This document shows positions 48,171-61,200 of a stretch of DNA of 64,000 nt, piece after piece. Numbering within the stretch: the stretch's first letter is position 1; each line of letters begins with the position of its first letter. The notes beneath the pieces were generated by a model that did not search any database, had not been told where the DNA came from, and was given only the letters and a program-made list of their open reading frames with translations. Source of the stretch: Mobula hypostoma (taxonomy: Eukaryota); assembly GCF_963921235.1 (NCBI RefSeq), contig NC_086108.1, positions 30,258,001 to 30,322,000 of the forward strand, in the 5' to 3' direction. The position numbers and the translations under genes were made by a program.

Positions 48171-49139
48171 GTACTGCATTGATGTTAATTTTTGGTTGAC
48201 TGTAGACTGTTCATTATAACCAATGTTCATTATAGTTATGTACATTTTCCGTGCTCTAATACATAACTATTCCTTTGCTCCCACAAATCCCTCCATCTAT
48301 GAGATCAGGCAAGATTACCCAGAATCTACATTTGAGGTTTATTTTGCTAAAATGCTTATTAGGATATGATGTTTGAATTGCGATTTCGTTTGATATGTTA
48401 CTCCCACTTCCAAAATTAGTAATCCTTTTTATTAATTACAGGTATAGATTAATTGAATCTACACAGCAGATGTGAAACAAAAATGCTAGAAATAGTCTAC
48501 CAGTCATTCAGCCTCCAAAGAGAAAGTTTTTAAGGTTTTGATTTGATATCTTTTCATTGGAACAATAAGTTTCAGATTTCCAATATCTGCAATATAATCT
48601 CTTTGGTTTAAAGCAGACAGCCAATTTAGCCAGTGATCATATTAATTAGATACCATGTTAGATTTTTTTTCAGAAGTTCTTAGCCCTTGAGGTGTTGACT
48701 GTTCCATTTCTGTCATGTTTACTCTTTTTAGAAAAACTCACCCTTGGCTCTTCTGGTTTGTAAATTATTAATATATCTTAAGTTGTCATCTTTACAGAAT
48801 CCTGAAGTATGCTGTTGCTTACAAAATCCTTATCCATCTTGGAAATCAATATTTGAATCACTCCCGCTCACTTTCTGCCAATCCCATAGGGCTAAAATGA
48901 CAAATGACATCCTTTGTTGTTGTAGTACAGGTTGACCATCTAGTAATTAGTAATCTGTTTCCACCGCTGGTTCAGACATGACTTTCGCCAGCCTTATTTC
49001 AAATTTTCTGTGCCACCACGCCAACCCCTCGCCAGTGTTTTGGTGGTGCCATTAGCAGAATCAGCTGTTGATATAGTCTATAAAGGAAGCAAGTTGTTCC
49101 TCTGTGCTATTCTGCATTTATTTTTATAACCTGTGCTTA

Positions 49140-50760
49140 CAGTGGCATGCAAAAGTTTGGGTACCCCTGGTCAAAATTTCTGTTACTGTGAATAGCTAAG
49201 CGAGTAAAAGGTGACCTGATTTCCAAAAGACATGAAGTTAAAGATGACACATTTCTTTAATATTTTAAGCAAGATTACTTTTTTTATTTCCATCTTTTAC
49301 AGTTTCAAAATAACAAAAAAGGAAAAGGGCCTGAAGCAAAAGTTTGGGCACCCTGCATGGTCAGTGCTTAGTAACACCCCCTTCGGCGAGTATCACGGCT
49401 TGTAAACGCTTTTTGTAGCCAGCCAAGAGTCTTTCAATTCTTGTTTGGTGGATTTCTGTCCATTCTTCCTTGCAAAAGGCTTCTAGTTCTGTGAGGTTCT
49501 TGGGCCGTCTGGCATACACTACTCTTTTGAGGTCTAGCCACAGATTTTCGATGATGTTTAGGTCAGGGGACTGTGAGGGCCATGGCAAAACCTTCAGCTT
49601 GCGCCTCTTGAGGTAGTCCATTGTGGATTTTGAGGTGTATTTAGGATCATTATCCTGTTGTAGGAGCCATCCTCTTTTCACCTTCAGCTTTTTTACAGAC
49701 GGTGTGATGTTTGCTTCCAGAATTTGCTGGTATTTAATTGAATTCATTCTTCCCTCTACCAGTGAAATGTTCCCTGTGCCACTGGCTGCAACACAAGCCC
49801 AAAGCATGATCGATCCACCTTCGTGCTTAACAGTTGGAGAGGTGTTCTTTTCATGAAATTCAGCAGCCTTTTTTCTCCAAACATACCTTTTGCTCACTGT
49901 GGCCGAAAAGTTCTGTTTTAACTTCATCAGTCCACAGGACTTATTTCCAAAATGCATCAGGCTTGTTTAGACGTTCCTTTGCAAACTTGATGCTGAATTT
50001 TGTGGTAAGGATGCAGGAAAGGTTTTCTTCTGATGACTCTTCCATGAAGGTCATATTTGTGCAGGTGTGACTGCACAGTAGAACAGTGCACCACCACTCC
50101 AGAGTCTGCTAAATCTTCCTGAAGGTCTTTTGCAGTCAAACAGGGGTTTTGATTTGCCTTTCTAGCAATGCTGCAAGCAGTTCTCTCGGAAAGTTTTCTT
50201 GATCTACCAGACCTGAACTTGACCTCCACCGTTCCTGTTAACTGCCATTTCTTAATTCATTATGAACTGAGGAAACGGCTACCTGAAAACGCCTTGCTAT
50301 CTTCTTATAGCCTTCTCCTGCTTTGTGGGCATCATTTATTTTAATTTTCAGAGTGCTAGGCAGCTGCTTAGAGGAGCCCATGGCTGCTGATTGTTGGGAC
50401 AAGGTTTGAGGAGTCAGGGTATTTATAAAGCTTTGAAATTTGCATCACCTGGCCTTTCCTAACGATGACTGTAAACAAGCCATAGCCCTAACAAGCTAAT
50501 TAAGGTCTGAGACCTTGGTAAAAGTTATCTGAGAGCTCAAATCTCTTGGAGTGCCCAAACTTTTGCATGGTGTTCCTTTCCTTTTTTCACTCCAAAATTG
50601 TACAAAACAAAAATAATACATTAATCTTGCTTAAAATGTTGAAAAGAATGTTTCATCTTTAACTTTATGACTTTTGGAGATCAGTGCATCTTCTACTCAC
50701 TTAACTATTCACAGTAACAGAAATTTTGACCATGGATCCCCAAACTTCTGCATGCCACTG
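49140..50760 (-). mobile_element. Tc1-like transposon, full length, IR/DR type; transposase 50381-49361 frameshifted
   Basis: ~200-bp TIRs CAGTGGCATGCA(A/G)AAGTTTGGG with inner direct repeats; TA TSD; QQDNDPKY..WPSQSPDLNIIENLW. Confidence 0.95.
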
Positions 50761-50997
50761 TATCTAGCTGCAGTCATGATTAAAGGAAGTGCTTCTCGTG
50801 GTGTAAAGCGCAAGCGCCATATGTTATCTATACAAACATAAGGTGGAAGTTCTGAAAAATACTCGATACTGGTGTGTCTGTAAAAAGCATATGTGACTTG
50901 TATAACATTGGCTCTTCCATAGTTTATGACATAAAGAAACAAGAAAAGTTGCTCCAGTTCGTCGCTGGCAGTGAATCAAAAAAACAGATGTGTATAA

Positions 50998-52876
50998 AAC
51001 ACAAACACATAGAAAACCTACAGCACAATATAGGCCCTTCGGCCCATAAAACTATACTGAACATGTCCTTATAGAAATTACCTAGGGATACCCATAGCCC
51101 TCTGTTTTTATAAGCTCCATGTACCTATCCAGAAGTCTCTTAAAAGACCCGATTGTATTTGCCTCCACCACCACTGCCGGCAGCCCATTTCATGCATTCA
51201 CCACTCTCTGTGCAAAAAAACCTTACCCCTGACATCTCCTCTGTACCTACTTCCAAGCACCTTAAAACTGTGCCCTCTCGTGATAGTTATTTCAGCCCTG
51301 GGAAAAAGCCTCTGACTATCCACACAATCAATGCGTCTCATCATCTTGTACACCTATCAGGTCACCTCTCATCCTCAGTTGCTCCAAGGAGAAAAGGTCG
51401 AGTTCACTCAACCTGTTCCCTTAAGGCATGCTCCCCAATCCAGACATCATCCTTGTAAATCCCCTCTGCACCCTTTCTATGGTTTCCACATCCTTCCTGT
51501 AGTGAGGCAACCAGAACTGAACACAATACTCCAAGTGGGGTCTGACCAGGGTCCTATATATAGCTCTAACGTTACCTCTTGGCTCCTAAGTTCAATCCCA
51601 CGATTGATGAAGGCCAATACACTGTATGCCTTCTTAACCACAGAGTCAACCTGCGTAGCAGCTTTGAGTGTCCTATGCACTCGGACCCCAAGGTCCCTCT
51701 GATCCTCCACACTGCCAAGAGTCTTACCATTAATACTATATTCTGCCGTCAGATCTGACCTACTAAAATGAACCACCTCACATTTATCTGGGTTGAATTC
51801 CATCTGCCATTTCTCAGTCCTGACGAAGGGTCTTGGCCCGAAACATTGACTGTACCTCTTCCTGGAGATGCTGCCTGGCCTGCTGATTTCACCAGCAACT
51901 TTTATGTGTATTGCCATTTCTCAGCCCAGTTTTGCATCCTATCGATGTCCGGCTGTAACCTCTAACAGCCCTCCACATTATCCACAACACCCCCAACCTT
52001 TGTGTCATCAGCAAATCTACTAACCCATCCCTCCACTTCCTCATTCAGGTCATTTATAAAAATCACGAAGAGTAAGGGTCCCAGAACAGATCCCTGAGGC
52101 ATACCACTGGTCACCGGCCTCCATGCAGAGTATGACCCGTCTACAACCATTCTTTGCCTTCTGTGGGCAAGCCAATTCTGGATCCACAAAGCAATGTCCC
52201 CTTGGATCCCATGCCTCCTTACTTTCTTAATAAGCCTTGTATGGGGTACTTTATCAAATGCCTTGCTGAAATCCATATACACTACATCTATGGCTCTACC
52301 TTCATCAATGTGTTTCGTCACATCCTCAAAAAATTCAGTCAGGTTCACAAAGCACAACCTGCCTTTGACAAAGCCATGCTGACTCTGCATAATCATATTA
52401 TGCCTCTCCAAATGATCATAAATCCTGCCTCTCAGGATCTTTACCAACCACTGAAGTAAGACCCACTAGTCTATAATTTCCTGGGCTGTCTCTACTCACT
52501 TTCTTGAATAAGGGAACAACATTGGCAACCCGCTAATCCTCCAGAACTGCTCCCGTCCCAGTTGATGATGCAAAGATCGTTGCCAGAGGCTCAGCAATCT
52601 CCTCCCTTTTGCCTCCCACAGTAGCCTGGGGTACATCTCGTCCGGTCCGGGTGACTTAACCAACTTGATGCTTTCCAAAAGCTTCAGCACATTCTCTTTC
52701 TTAATATCTATATTCTCAAGCTTTTCAGTCTGCTGTAAGTAATCCCTACAATTGCCAAGATCCTTTTCTGTAATGAATACTGAAGCAAAGTATTCATTAA
52801 GTACCTCTGCTATCCCCTCCAGTTCCATACATACTTTTCCACTGTCACATTTGATTGGTCCTATTCTCTCATATCT
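50998..52876 (-). mobile_element. CR1 LINE 3' portion
   Basis: [38 protein letters not shown]1 tail at 50998-51050. Confidence 0.9.
51818..51911 (+). mobile_element. Penelope-like pLTR cassette with hammerhead motif, nested in CR1
   Basis: CTGACGA-AGGGTCTTGGCCC-GAAAC-ATT-GACT; TSD TGCCATTTCTCAG 51805-51817 / 51912-51924. Confidence 0.82.
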
Positions 52877-53344
52877 TATAAGGAAAACAATGTAAGATGG
52901 AAGATGTTCACAATGAGATAAAGTTCTCATAAAGTAGTTTAAACACCTTGTCAGCGAAGGTGTAGAACTATTAGGAGGGATGGTGAAGGAACAAGCAAAA
53001 TTATTTCATGAAGAATTAGGACTGGATTATGAGTGTGATTACAGTGAAGGGTGGCATAAAATTTTATGCAGTGTGTGGTGAAACACAGTCAGCAGACAAG
53101 GAACAAGGAAGCCGTTGCTGAGTTCGTTGGCAAGTTCTCTAAGTTAGTTTCTAATGAAAATTTAAGTCCCGAGCAGGCCTGCAAGGCAGACGAAACCGCC
53201 TTGTATTGTTGTTGTTCTTCAAGACAAACACTGACCAAAGGATGCAGAATCACCAACAGGTTATGAAGCATCAAATAACTGTGTTACTATGTTGGTCTGT
53301 TCTAACACTGTAGTAACCCACAGGTGGCAAAAGTATATGTCCCT

Positions 53345-53860
53345 GCGACTCTCTGGGTGTTGAGAGTCGGGTGAGGTTTGATTGCTGTGGGCGCCAAGCT
53401 GATTTGGAGAGGTCGAGAATGGCTTCTCCAAGAGTGAAATCTAAGCCCGCAGTGATTCGCCACGGCGGGTCCTAATGCGAGGTTCGGGCAATTTAAACGC
53501 CGGACCAGCAGGGACTCCTTGCTCTGCGATGCTAAGGTTGTAAGACTGTCCCGGCTGTTGTGCTTCGTGTCTGCAAACTTTGCAGTGATTTACTCTGCTT
53601 ATAATGAGCTGAATACTGAGGCTTTGGGCCTACTCTGAGGTGCTCTGGGATTTGGATCAGAATGCTGTGTTGCTCGCCCCTGTTATTTGCATGATTTGTT
53701 TTGCTTTGTTGTTTTTTTTCCTCTTTTCTCTGTGGGCACTGGGGGTTGGTCTTTCTTTAAACTGGGTTCTTTCAGGTTCCTTGCTTTGCGACTGCCTGTA
53801 AGCAAACAAATCTCAAGGTTGTATAATTTATACACTCTTTGATAATAAATGGACTTTGAA
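53345..53860 (+). mobile_element. Noncoding retroposon fragment
   Basis: GC-rich head, T-rich middle, tail ..TGATAATAAATGGACTTTGAA related to the 18742 tail; interrupts pogo transposase remnant. Confidence 0.6.
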
Positions 53861-56002
53861 TATTTCAAAGGTATAAAGTGGTTTCCAGTAACTTACCGTG
53901 CCAACAAAAAAGAGACAGATTACAACTGACATTCCATTGGAATGGTTTAAATGTTACTGTGTTCCAGAAGCGAGAACTCACTGTGACTCTTTTGGTCTGG
54001 ACAAAAATTGTGAAATAATGCTGATTTTGGTTAACTGCTCTGCACATTCAAAAGCAGAACTCTTGGTAAAGAATAATGTTTACAGTTCACCTAACTGTAC
54101 ATCATTAATTCAATCCCTGGATGAGTCTCACCACCTGTGATTCGGCAAAATCACTAATCATGACAGATTTGTGGTGGCAAACCTGTAGTAAACTATCCCC
54201 AGTTATCAGTATTGTCCTCTGCCAACTACAAACGGTAGTTAACCCTTTAGTTGCCTAGTGATGTTTGACACTTATAGTGGTGTTTCTTTTCCTGCTCTCA
54301 TACTTTTGAATATTTCCAGTTATCTATTCCTGGGCTCCTCCTGCGACTGCCCTTCAACATCAGCAAAAAGTAACATGCTAATTGCATTTGTACCCTGGTA
54401 GCAGTCTGATATATGCCACCATCATCTCTGTTTCCCAACTACAATTGTCACTCTGCTTAACTAACAAATAGTTAGGAAAAAAGAACTATTCTCTTTATTT
54501 CTCCTAAGTATTGGAAAGACCAAAGCTATGACCTTAGCTGGTCACAATTTCTGTTCCATAGCCACTGATTCCATTTTTCTCCTTGGCCAGTGTGTGACAA
54601 TTAACCTGATTGTTTGTAATCTTTGGTATCATGGTTAACCTGAAATAGTTTTTGAATCGTGTCACCAAGACTGCCTGTTTTTGTCTCTAATGTTAGCTGC
54701 TTCAATGTCTGCCTTGCTTGCTCAGATACTGACATGCATCTAACCCTTTGTTATATTTGGACATGGTATTCCGAAGTGTTACTGGGGAGACTCTTTCTTT
54801 CACCCTCAGTTACATTAATCACTCTTATCATCATCATCATCCTAACACTGACTAGGTTGAGCTGACACATCACGTGTGAGTTCAGTGGACTGCATAGCTT
54901 ATGGTTGAACATTGCTTTTATTTTAAAGTTAGCATTATTCTAATCCTTGGCATGGAAGTCACCCTTTCCCGGTAATCTTCTCAAGCCCTGCAGCCTACTT
55001 TGTTTTTAGCAATTTGGGCATCCTCAAATCACTGAAATGTTGACTATTGCTTCTGCTTAGTCTTATTTTGTCAGTGTTGTTAAGGATGGTTTGCATTTTT
55101 GATGCCACAAGATTTAATGAGAAGCTCATGGCCACTAAATATACAGCTTTTCACTTTCTTTAATTACATTCAGCTCATAATTATTGCTGTAATTTCTTGG
55201 CACAAATGGCTTCTTTAGAATTGCTGGAGCATTTTGAAGCTGCCTTGAAGGCAACACAAAATGGATTGAATCATAGCAACCTCTATGACAACACAATGCA
55301 TGGAAAATGCCAAGGGCACACTGATCCATGGTGTATTGCTTGCAGAAACTTTAGTACAAGGCATTCCTGCGTGTCCTCCTTATATCGAAAAATAACATGG
55401 TAAATTGTAAGCATGTGCCAATCAAAGAGCGATGACATTTAGTAAAAATTTGTAAATTTATAAGTAATGGAAATACTAAATTTGAAAACATTTTTTTAGT
55501 TAATTAACATTTGAATATTTCTGAATTTTTGGGGTAATTGGAAACTTTGTACATCCCTGACGACAAGAAAAGTTGGAGTGTGATTTTGCTAGATGTCATA
55601 CATTTAATTTATTAGCTTGCAGGTAGAGCTAGTTAAGGTCTGTCCAATTGGGCACAGTATATAATGCAGAGTCACGTTGTCACTCTAGGTTATGCCATTT
55701 TTGATCCATAGCCTGCTTCCAAACATATTAACATCAAGGATAAAGACTTCAGTAGGGAATGTGAGTAGATCAGAAGTTTTCAGTTGCCTTTACTAAACAC
55801 AACTTGTGGGAAAATCAGGACTAGACCATGGGATTAGATCAACACAGAAGGCAAAATATGAAGTTGAAATAATGTAAAGAAAACTCATAATGTGTACTCA
55901 TTAAGAAACAAGAATGGCTAATCAGTGCAGAAATCATGATTATGAAAAATCATTAAACTGAAATGTTTTCTCTATGGTTTCACCAATGTGTTTCTCCTGT
56001 AG

Positions 56003-56154
56003 AATCATCTGAAGGACATCTTGACGGCGGTGATATCTAGGAGGCGGTCATACCGTTTACGTGATGGTCATTTTAAGTATGCATTTGGAAGCAGCATTAA
56101 TCCTCAACCATATTTAAAAAACAGCATTATTGCATATAACAACATTATTGACTG
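56003..56154 (+). CDS. TADA1: TADA1 coding exon (probable exon 6)
   Basis: ctgtag| ... |gtaagt; [50 protein letters not shown]; 152 bp. Confidence 0.98.
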
Positions 56155-56223
56155 GTAAGTAAGATATAAAATTTATATCAACATATTACGTATTTTTGAA
56201 AAAAAAGTTGGTGAAAAATGACC

Positions 56224-56819
56224 TATAATCCTCAGGCTCGCCCAGCTCACGTTCATCTAGGCGAATCAGCCTTCGGCCCCGCCAAACTGAATAATCACAT
56301 TTGTGTGGATGCCGTGTAATGTACCTCCAGTTACAAATCCACAACGCAAAATATCAGACAGTACACCATATGCAATTAAATGATAGGCTTTATGAATCTT
56401 AATCTGAATATAGGGTTAGTAATGAAAAGAAACAAAACATAAAAAGGGCCCAGGTCAAAAATCAAACTTCCCATTGGAGCTCACTCAGTAGTCACTCTTC
56501 CACCATCGAGCTCCTCTGAACGTCGCTGACTTTCGGACCCTCAAGTCCCAGTCCACTCTGTCCAGTGGACTACCAGCTCTCTCCACGTCCGTCCTCCCTC
56601 TTCATCTCTCCTCGACAAAAGACTGCGAAAAAAACCCAGCTCCCAGACACACAAGAAAGCATGACATTTCTCCCATTGGATAGCCACTGAATTCCAAAGT
56701 CCCGTTATCTCTAGTCATCATCCAAACATTGCTGCTACAGAAACCATTACCTTAACGATGGAACATTACATAGAAGCCATTACATTAGCCTTAGCAGTGA
56801 AACCTTGCAGCGTGTTACA
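56224..56819. mobile_element. Solo LTR
   Basis: T(A)TAA...TTACA termini; TSD GACC 56220-56223 / 56820-56823; related to 30030-30658. Confidence 0.72.
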
Positions 56820-57734
56820 GACCTAAGTATGTATTTTACAAGATAAATCCATATCATTTGAAAATTGAATAAACTATGACAAAATATAATATTTTGTCAC
56901 TGCTCTTATCTGCAATTATTTTAATCTTTTCAAATGATAGTATTTTGTCTTCAGTTCATTTGCAATATAGAGTTGCAATAAATTGCTGCTGATGCCTCTA
57001 GACTGCTGTGTTGTACCATTAGGAAAGATACTTGAAATTATTTAGTGCAGGTCATTAAGTTGAACATTACAATTCATGGCATGTAATTAAATATCCAGGT
57101 TGTTGCCACTTTCATAAATTGAAAGTGAAGCAGCCAATCTCTGCAATTTCAACTCTTGTAAATAGCAGTGAAACATGTGATTAGATAATCTTTTATGTTC
57201 ATCTGATAGGACCAAGAGGCTACAGTGTAACATGTAATTGCAACAATGAAAAATTAAATCACAACCAAAGTATTTGTTATGCACCTAACTTAAAGCTAAA
57301 GGAAGAAGAAAGAAGGGTTAAGGTTTGAGAGGCAGTTCCTGAACATGACTATGAAATTTGTAGGTTGAAAAATAGTTTTCATTTTAAATGTTTGTTCTCT
57401 TGCAGGAATATTTGTGAAATTACCATTCAATTTGATTGTTTATTCATAAATAAGACTCATTTTTGTAGCCTGAAAATAATTTGAGGTAAATGCTGGTGGT
57501 TTGCTCAATAAGCAATTTGGTGGTGTTCTAATATGCTATTTAAATGTAGTGACTGGATCCTAGACCTGGAAGTTCAATTTTGTGGGAGCCCCCTCTCTAT
57601 TCGGGTTAAAAAGTGTTAGCAGTGGGAGGGTGTTGTAGTTATAAAGTTAGCATTATTCCATGTTTTCTTGTTTTAATTAAAATGTGATTAAAATTGTGCA
57701 GCAGAAACAAATCTATGATTAGAGAAAATGCAGA

Positions 57735-57786
57735 GTCCACCTCCCCCTTGTACCCACCCATTATTTATTTATATACACACATTCTT

Positions 57787-57818
<32 letters not shown>

Positions 57819-58180
57819 CATTTTCTCCCTCTGTCCCTCTCACTATACCCCTTGCCCATCCTCTGGGGTTTCCCCCCTCCCCCTTTTCTTTCTCCCTGGG
57901 CCTCCTGTCCCATGATCCTCTCATATCCCCTTTGCCAATCACCTGTCCAGCTCTTGGCTCTATCCCTCACCCTCCTGTCTTCTCCTATCATTTTGGATCT
58001 CCCCCTCCCCCTCCCACTTCCAAATCTCTTACTAGCTCTTCTTTCAGTTAGTCCTGACGAAGGGTCTCGGCCCGAAACGTTGACTGTACCTCTTCCTAGA
58101 GATGCTGTCTGGCCTGCTGCGTTCACCAGCAACTTTGATGTGTGTTGCTTGAATTTCCAGCATCTGCAGAATTCCTCATG
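57735..58180 (+). mobile_element. Penelope-like pLTR with pyrimidine-rich upstream part
   Basis: Colinear with 29160-29495 and 17555-17689; (CT)n tract. Confidence 0.82.
58050..58085 (+). ncRNA. Minimal type I hammerhead ribozyme motif (Penelope-associated)
   Basis: Stem I AGUC/GACU, core CUGACGA, stem II GGGU-CUCG-GCCC, GAAA, C-G, cleavage triplet GUU; AACGUU palindrome. Confidence 0.75.
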
Positions 58181-58280
58181 AGAGTTTTTGAGAACTAGTC
58201 TATATTAATGTGTCTCATAAGTCTCATAAACAAGTCAACAACTCACAGAATTTAAATACAATACCTGTTTAAAAAATCGT

Positions 58281-61200
58281 GAGGACTTCCGGTAGAGCTC
58301 ATGGAGTGAAGTTGTGTTCCTGACTTGCTCCATTACTTCTGAGTTTTATCTTACGATCAGCTACATTTAAGCTAACTTTTAAGGCACCGACTTTTACAAT
58401 ACCTTGCAGCGGATTGCTATTATATATTTGGATGCTTTTAAGGTCCACTATGTCTAAGAACGGGAAAGACAGCAAACCTCCAGTTAGACTGAAACTAACC
58501 GACCCCGCCTCCGATTGAACCAGCGGTAACTATGCAAGCTATATCGGATCTGATTGGTGTGGAAATTTCAACTAAACTGCAGAAAATCATCGATGAAATT
58601 GATGAAATGAAAACATCTATCACGGAACATCAGACTGCTATATCTAATCTCCAAGTATCCACGCAACAGAATGAACTCAAGACGGGGAAAATTGAAGAAA
58701 CAATTACTGCAATGAAGAAAAAACTTGACTTTCTGACCTTTAAAAATTCTGACTTAGAATGCAGAATGCGACGGCAGATTATAAGTATTCTTGGTCTTCG
58801 TAAAGCTGCTGAATCTGATGACCCTATGCAGTTTTTCTCTCAACTTTTAAACGATTCATTTCCTACCTTATTTCCTGATCAACCACCACTATTGGATCGG
58901 GCTCACAGAGTCCCATTATATTTGCCTAAGTCAGATAAACCTCGGCATGTTATTTTACGATTTCATTATTTTCAAGACAAGGAGAAGCTGCTTCGCTTTG
59001 CTCGACCTAAAGGTTACATTGCTTTCTCGGATCTCCGCTTTCGATTGGTGGAAGATTTTAGTAAACAGGTTTGTGATCAACGTGTCCGTTACAGATCTGT
59101 GATGTTGGAATTCTACAAGATGGATTTAAAACCGGTGTTGCTTTATCCCGCACGTTTGAGGATTCGATTGTCTGATGGGTCTTCCCGTTTTTTCGACTCT
59201 CCGTCGGAAACCCAGAGCTACCTGGATCAACACTTGCCTTCAACATCTTAATCAGACTATTAAATCATCTCTGTTTAATCAGAGGCAGTTAATCTGTTGG
59301 GTTTAATTTTTTTCTTTTGCTTTATATGAGGGCAGAAATTTTTTTTTTCGGTTTTATTAATATGGTTGCCAAACTTTTTTTTAACTGCGTCATCCCTTTC
59401 TTCTTCCCTGGGGATTCTGGGTGGCCATTCCCACAGCATCATTTTACGCATATCCCTGGAGGCCTTAAACTTTGTAGTTTTCAAAAGTACTTTTTGTAGT
59501 TTTCTTGGCTATTCTATGGTAATATTTCATTTTCTTGTTTAATTATATGGTCTGTTGTAGGTTAACGGTTTTCTTTATATGTACCTTTTTTTTGTATTAT
59601 ATCGTTTTCGTTTTAATGGGTGTACTTTTTTTTTACTCCTTTACTGTTTTATAACTTTAGCTGATCTTTTTATGTATACACTTTTTTTAAGTGAGCGTCT
59701 ATCGGAAGTCATTGGGGTAGATCTAGTGCTCGCTTCTTTCTGGCTAGTCTATCTTAGATTTAGCTTTGGGGTTACGGGGCGGGGGGGTGGGGGTGCTTCA
59801 CTTTTTAGTTTTTCTTTCTTCTTGGGCTACTTATATTACTGAAGTATTTGTCATGTTCTCTTTCCCGTTATCTCTTGTTTATTCTGTTCCCTTTCCGGGT
59901 TCGTGGGTCGAACCTATTGTCAATCCTCCTTTATTTGAGGGTTGCCTTTAGGGATTATGGAGTCTACTATTAATTTTGTCTCTTGGAATACTAACGGTTT
60001 TAATCATCCAATAAAAAGGAAAAAAATCCTTAAAGTATTCCGGAGACTTAAAGCACATATTCTATTTTTACAAGAGACCCATGTGCGGAGGGGGGACAGA
60101 TTACGTTTTTTTAAGTTCTGGAAGGAATAACACTTCCATTTTAATTCTAACGCCAAAATTTGAGGAGTTTCTATTTTTGTAGATTCCTCAATCACTTTTG
60201 TGCAACACGATATTATCTCTGAAAGGAATAGTAGATTTCTATTGGTTAGTGGTTTACTCTTTAATAAAAAGGTAGCTTTGGTTAATGTCTATGCTGCTAA
60301 CCTGGACTGTCCGGAATTTTATAAATCATTATTTAATTTGTTCCCGAATTTGAATGAATTTTCACTAATCTGGGGCGAAGATCTTAATACTTGTTTATCC
60401 CCATTATTGGACCGTTTGGCTCCTTTACGGACTCTACCCAGTAAATCTGCAACCTTGATTAATTCATTTCTCTCAGATTCTGGGTTGACGGACATTTGGC
60501 ATTTTTTGCATCCTCAGGAAAAAGATTTCTCTTTTTTTTCACATGTTCGTCATTCCTATTCAAGAATTGATTATTTTTTTTATTGACTCTCGTCTTATTT
60601 CTTTAGTGATTAAATGTGAATATGACTCTATAACCATTTCGGATCATGCTCCACTTAAGCTTTCTATTAAAATATTGGCCAATACACAAAATAATAGACA
60701 ATGGCGTTTTAACTCGCTGTTGCTTCAGGACCTGGGTTTTATTAACTTTATGAATGAACAGATTGATCTCTTTTTTACAATTAACTGTACAGAGGATATA
60801 TCCATGAACACCCTTTGGGATACTTTTAAAGCTTATATTCGTGGCCAGATCATCTCGTACTCTGCTGCTTTGAGGAAAAGATTGAAGGAGGAGGAGCTGG
60901 TTCTTGTGGATGAGGTTAAGGAAATTGATAAGAGATATGCTGCAGCTTCCTCTGAGAAGTTGTATAAGCAAAGAACTGAACTTCAAATGGAACACAGTTT
61001 ATTGCTTTCGTCCTCTATTGCAAATCAATTAATGAAAACAAGAAGTGAGTTTTATATACATAGTGACAAAGTTGGTAAACTGTTGGCTAATCAGTTGAAG
61101 ACTAACTCTACTAAATTTCAAATTAATCAGATTTATAATCAAAAAAATCAACTGACATTTAATCAAGCTGAGATTAATCAATCCTTTTTTGACTTTTATT

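Larger units (their letters stand above)
48928..54160 (+). mobile_element. Old pogo/Tigger (JRK/TIGD2-like) element hosting nested Tc1, CR1, Penelope and retroposon insertions
   Basis: TA-CAGGTTGACC start; transposase pieces KRKRHMLSI..GVSVKSICDLYNIG, KEQAKLFHEELG..YSEGW, ADETALY, LILVNCSAH..PNCTSLIQSLD; right end uncertain. Confidence 0.7.
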
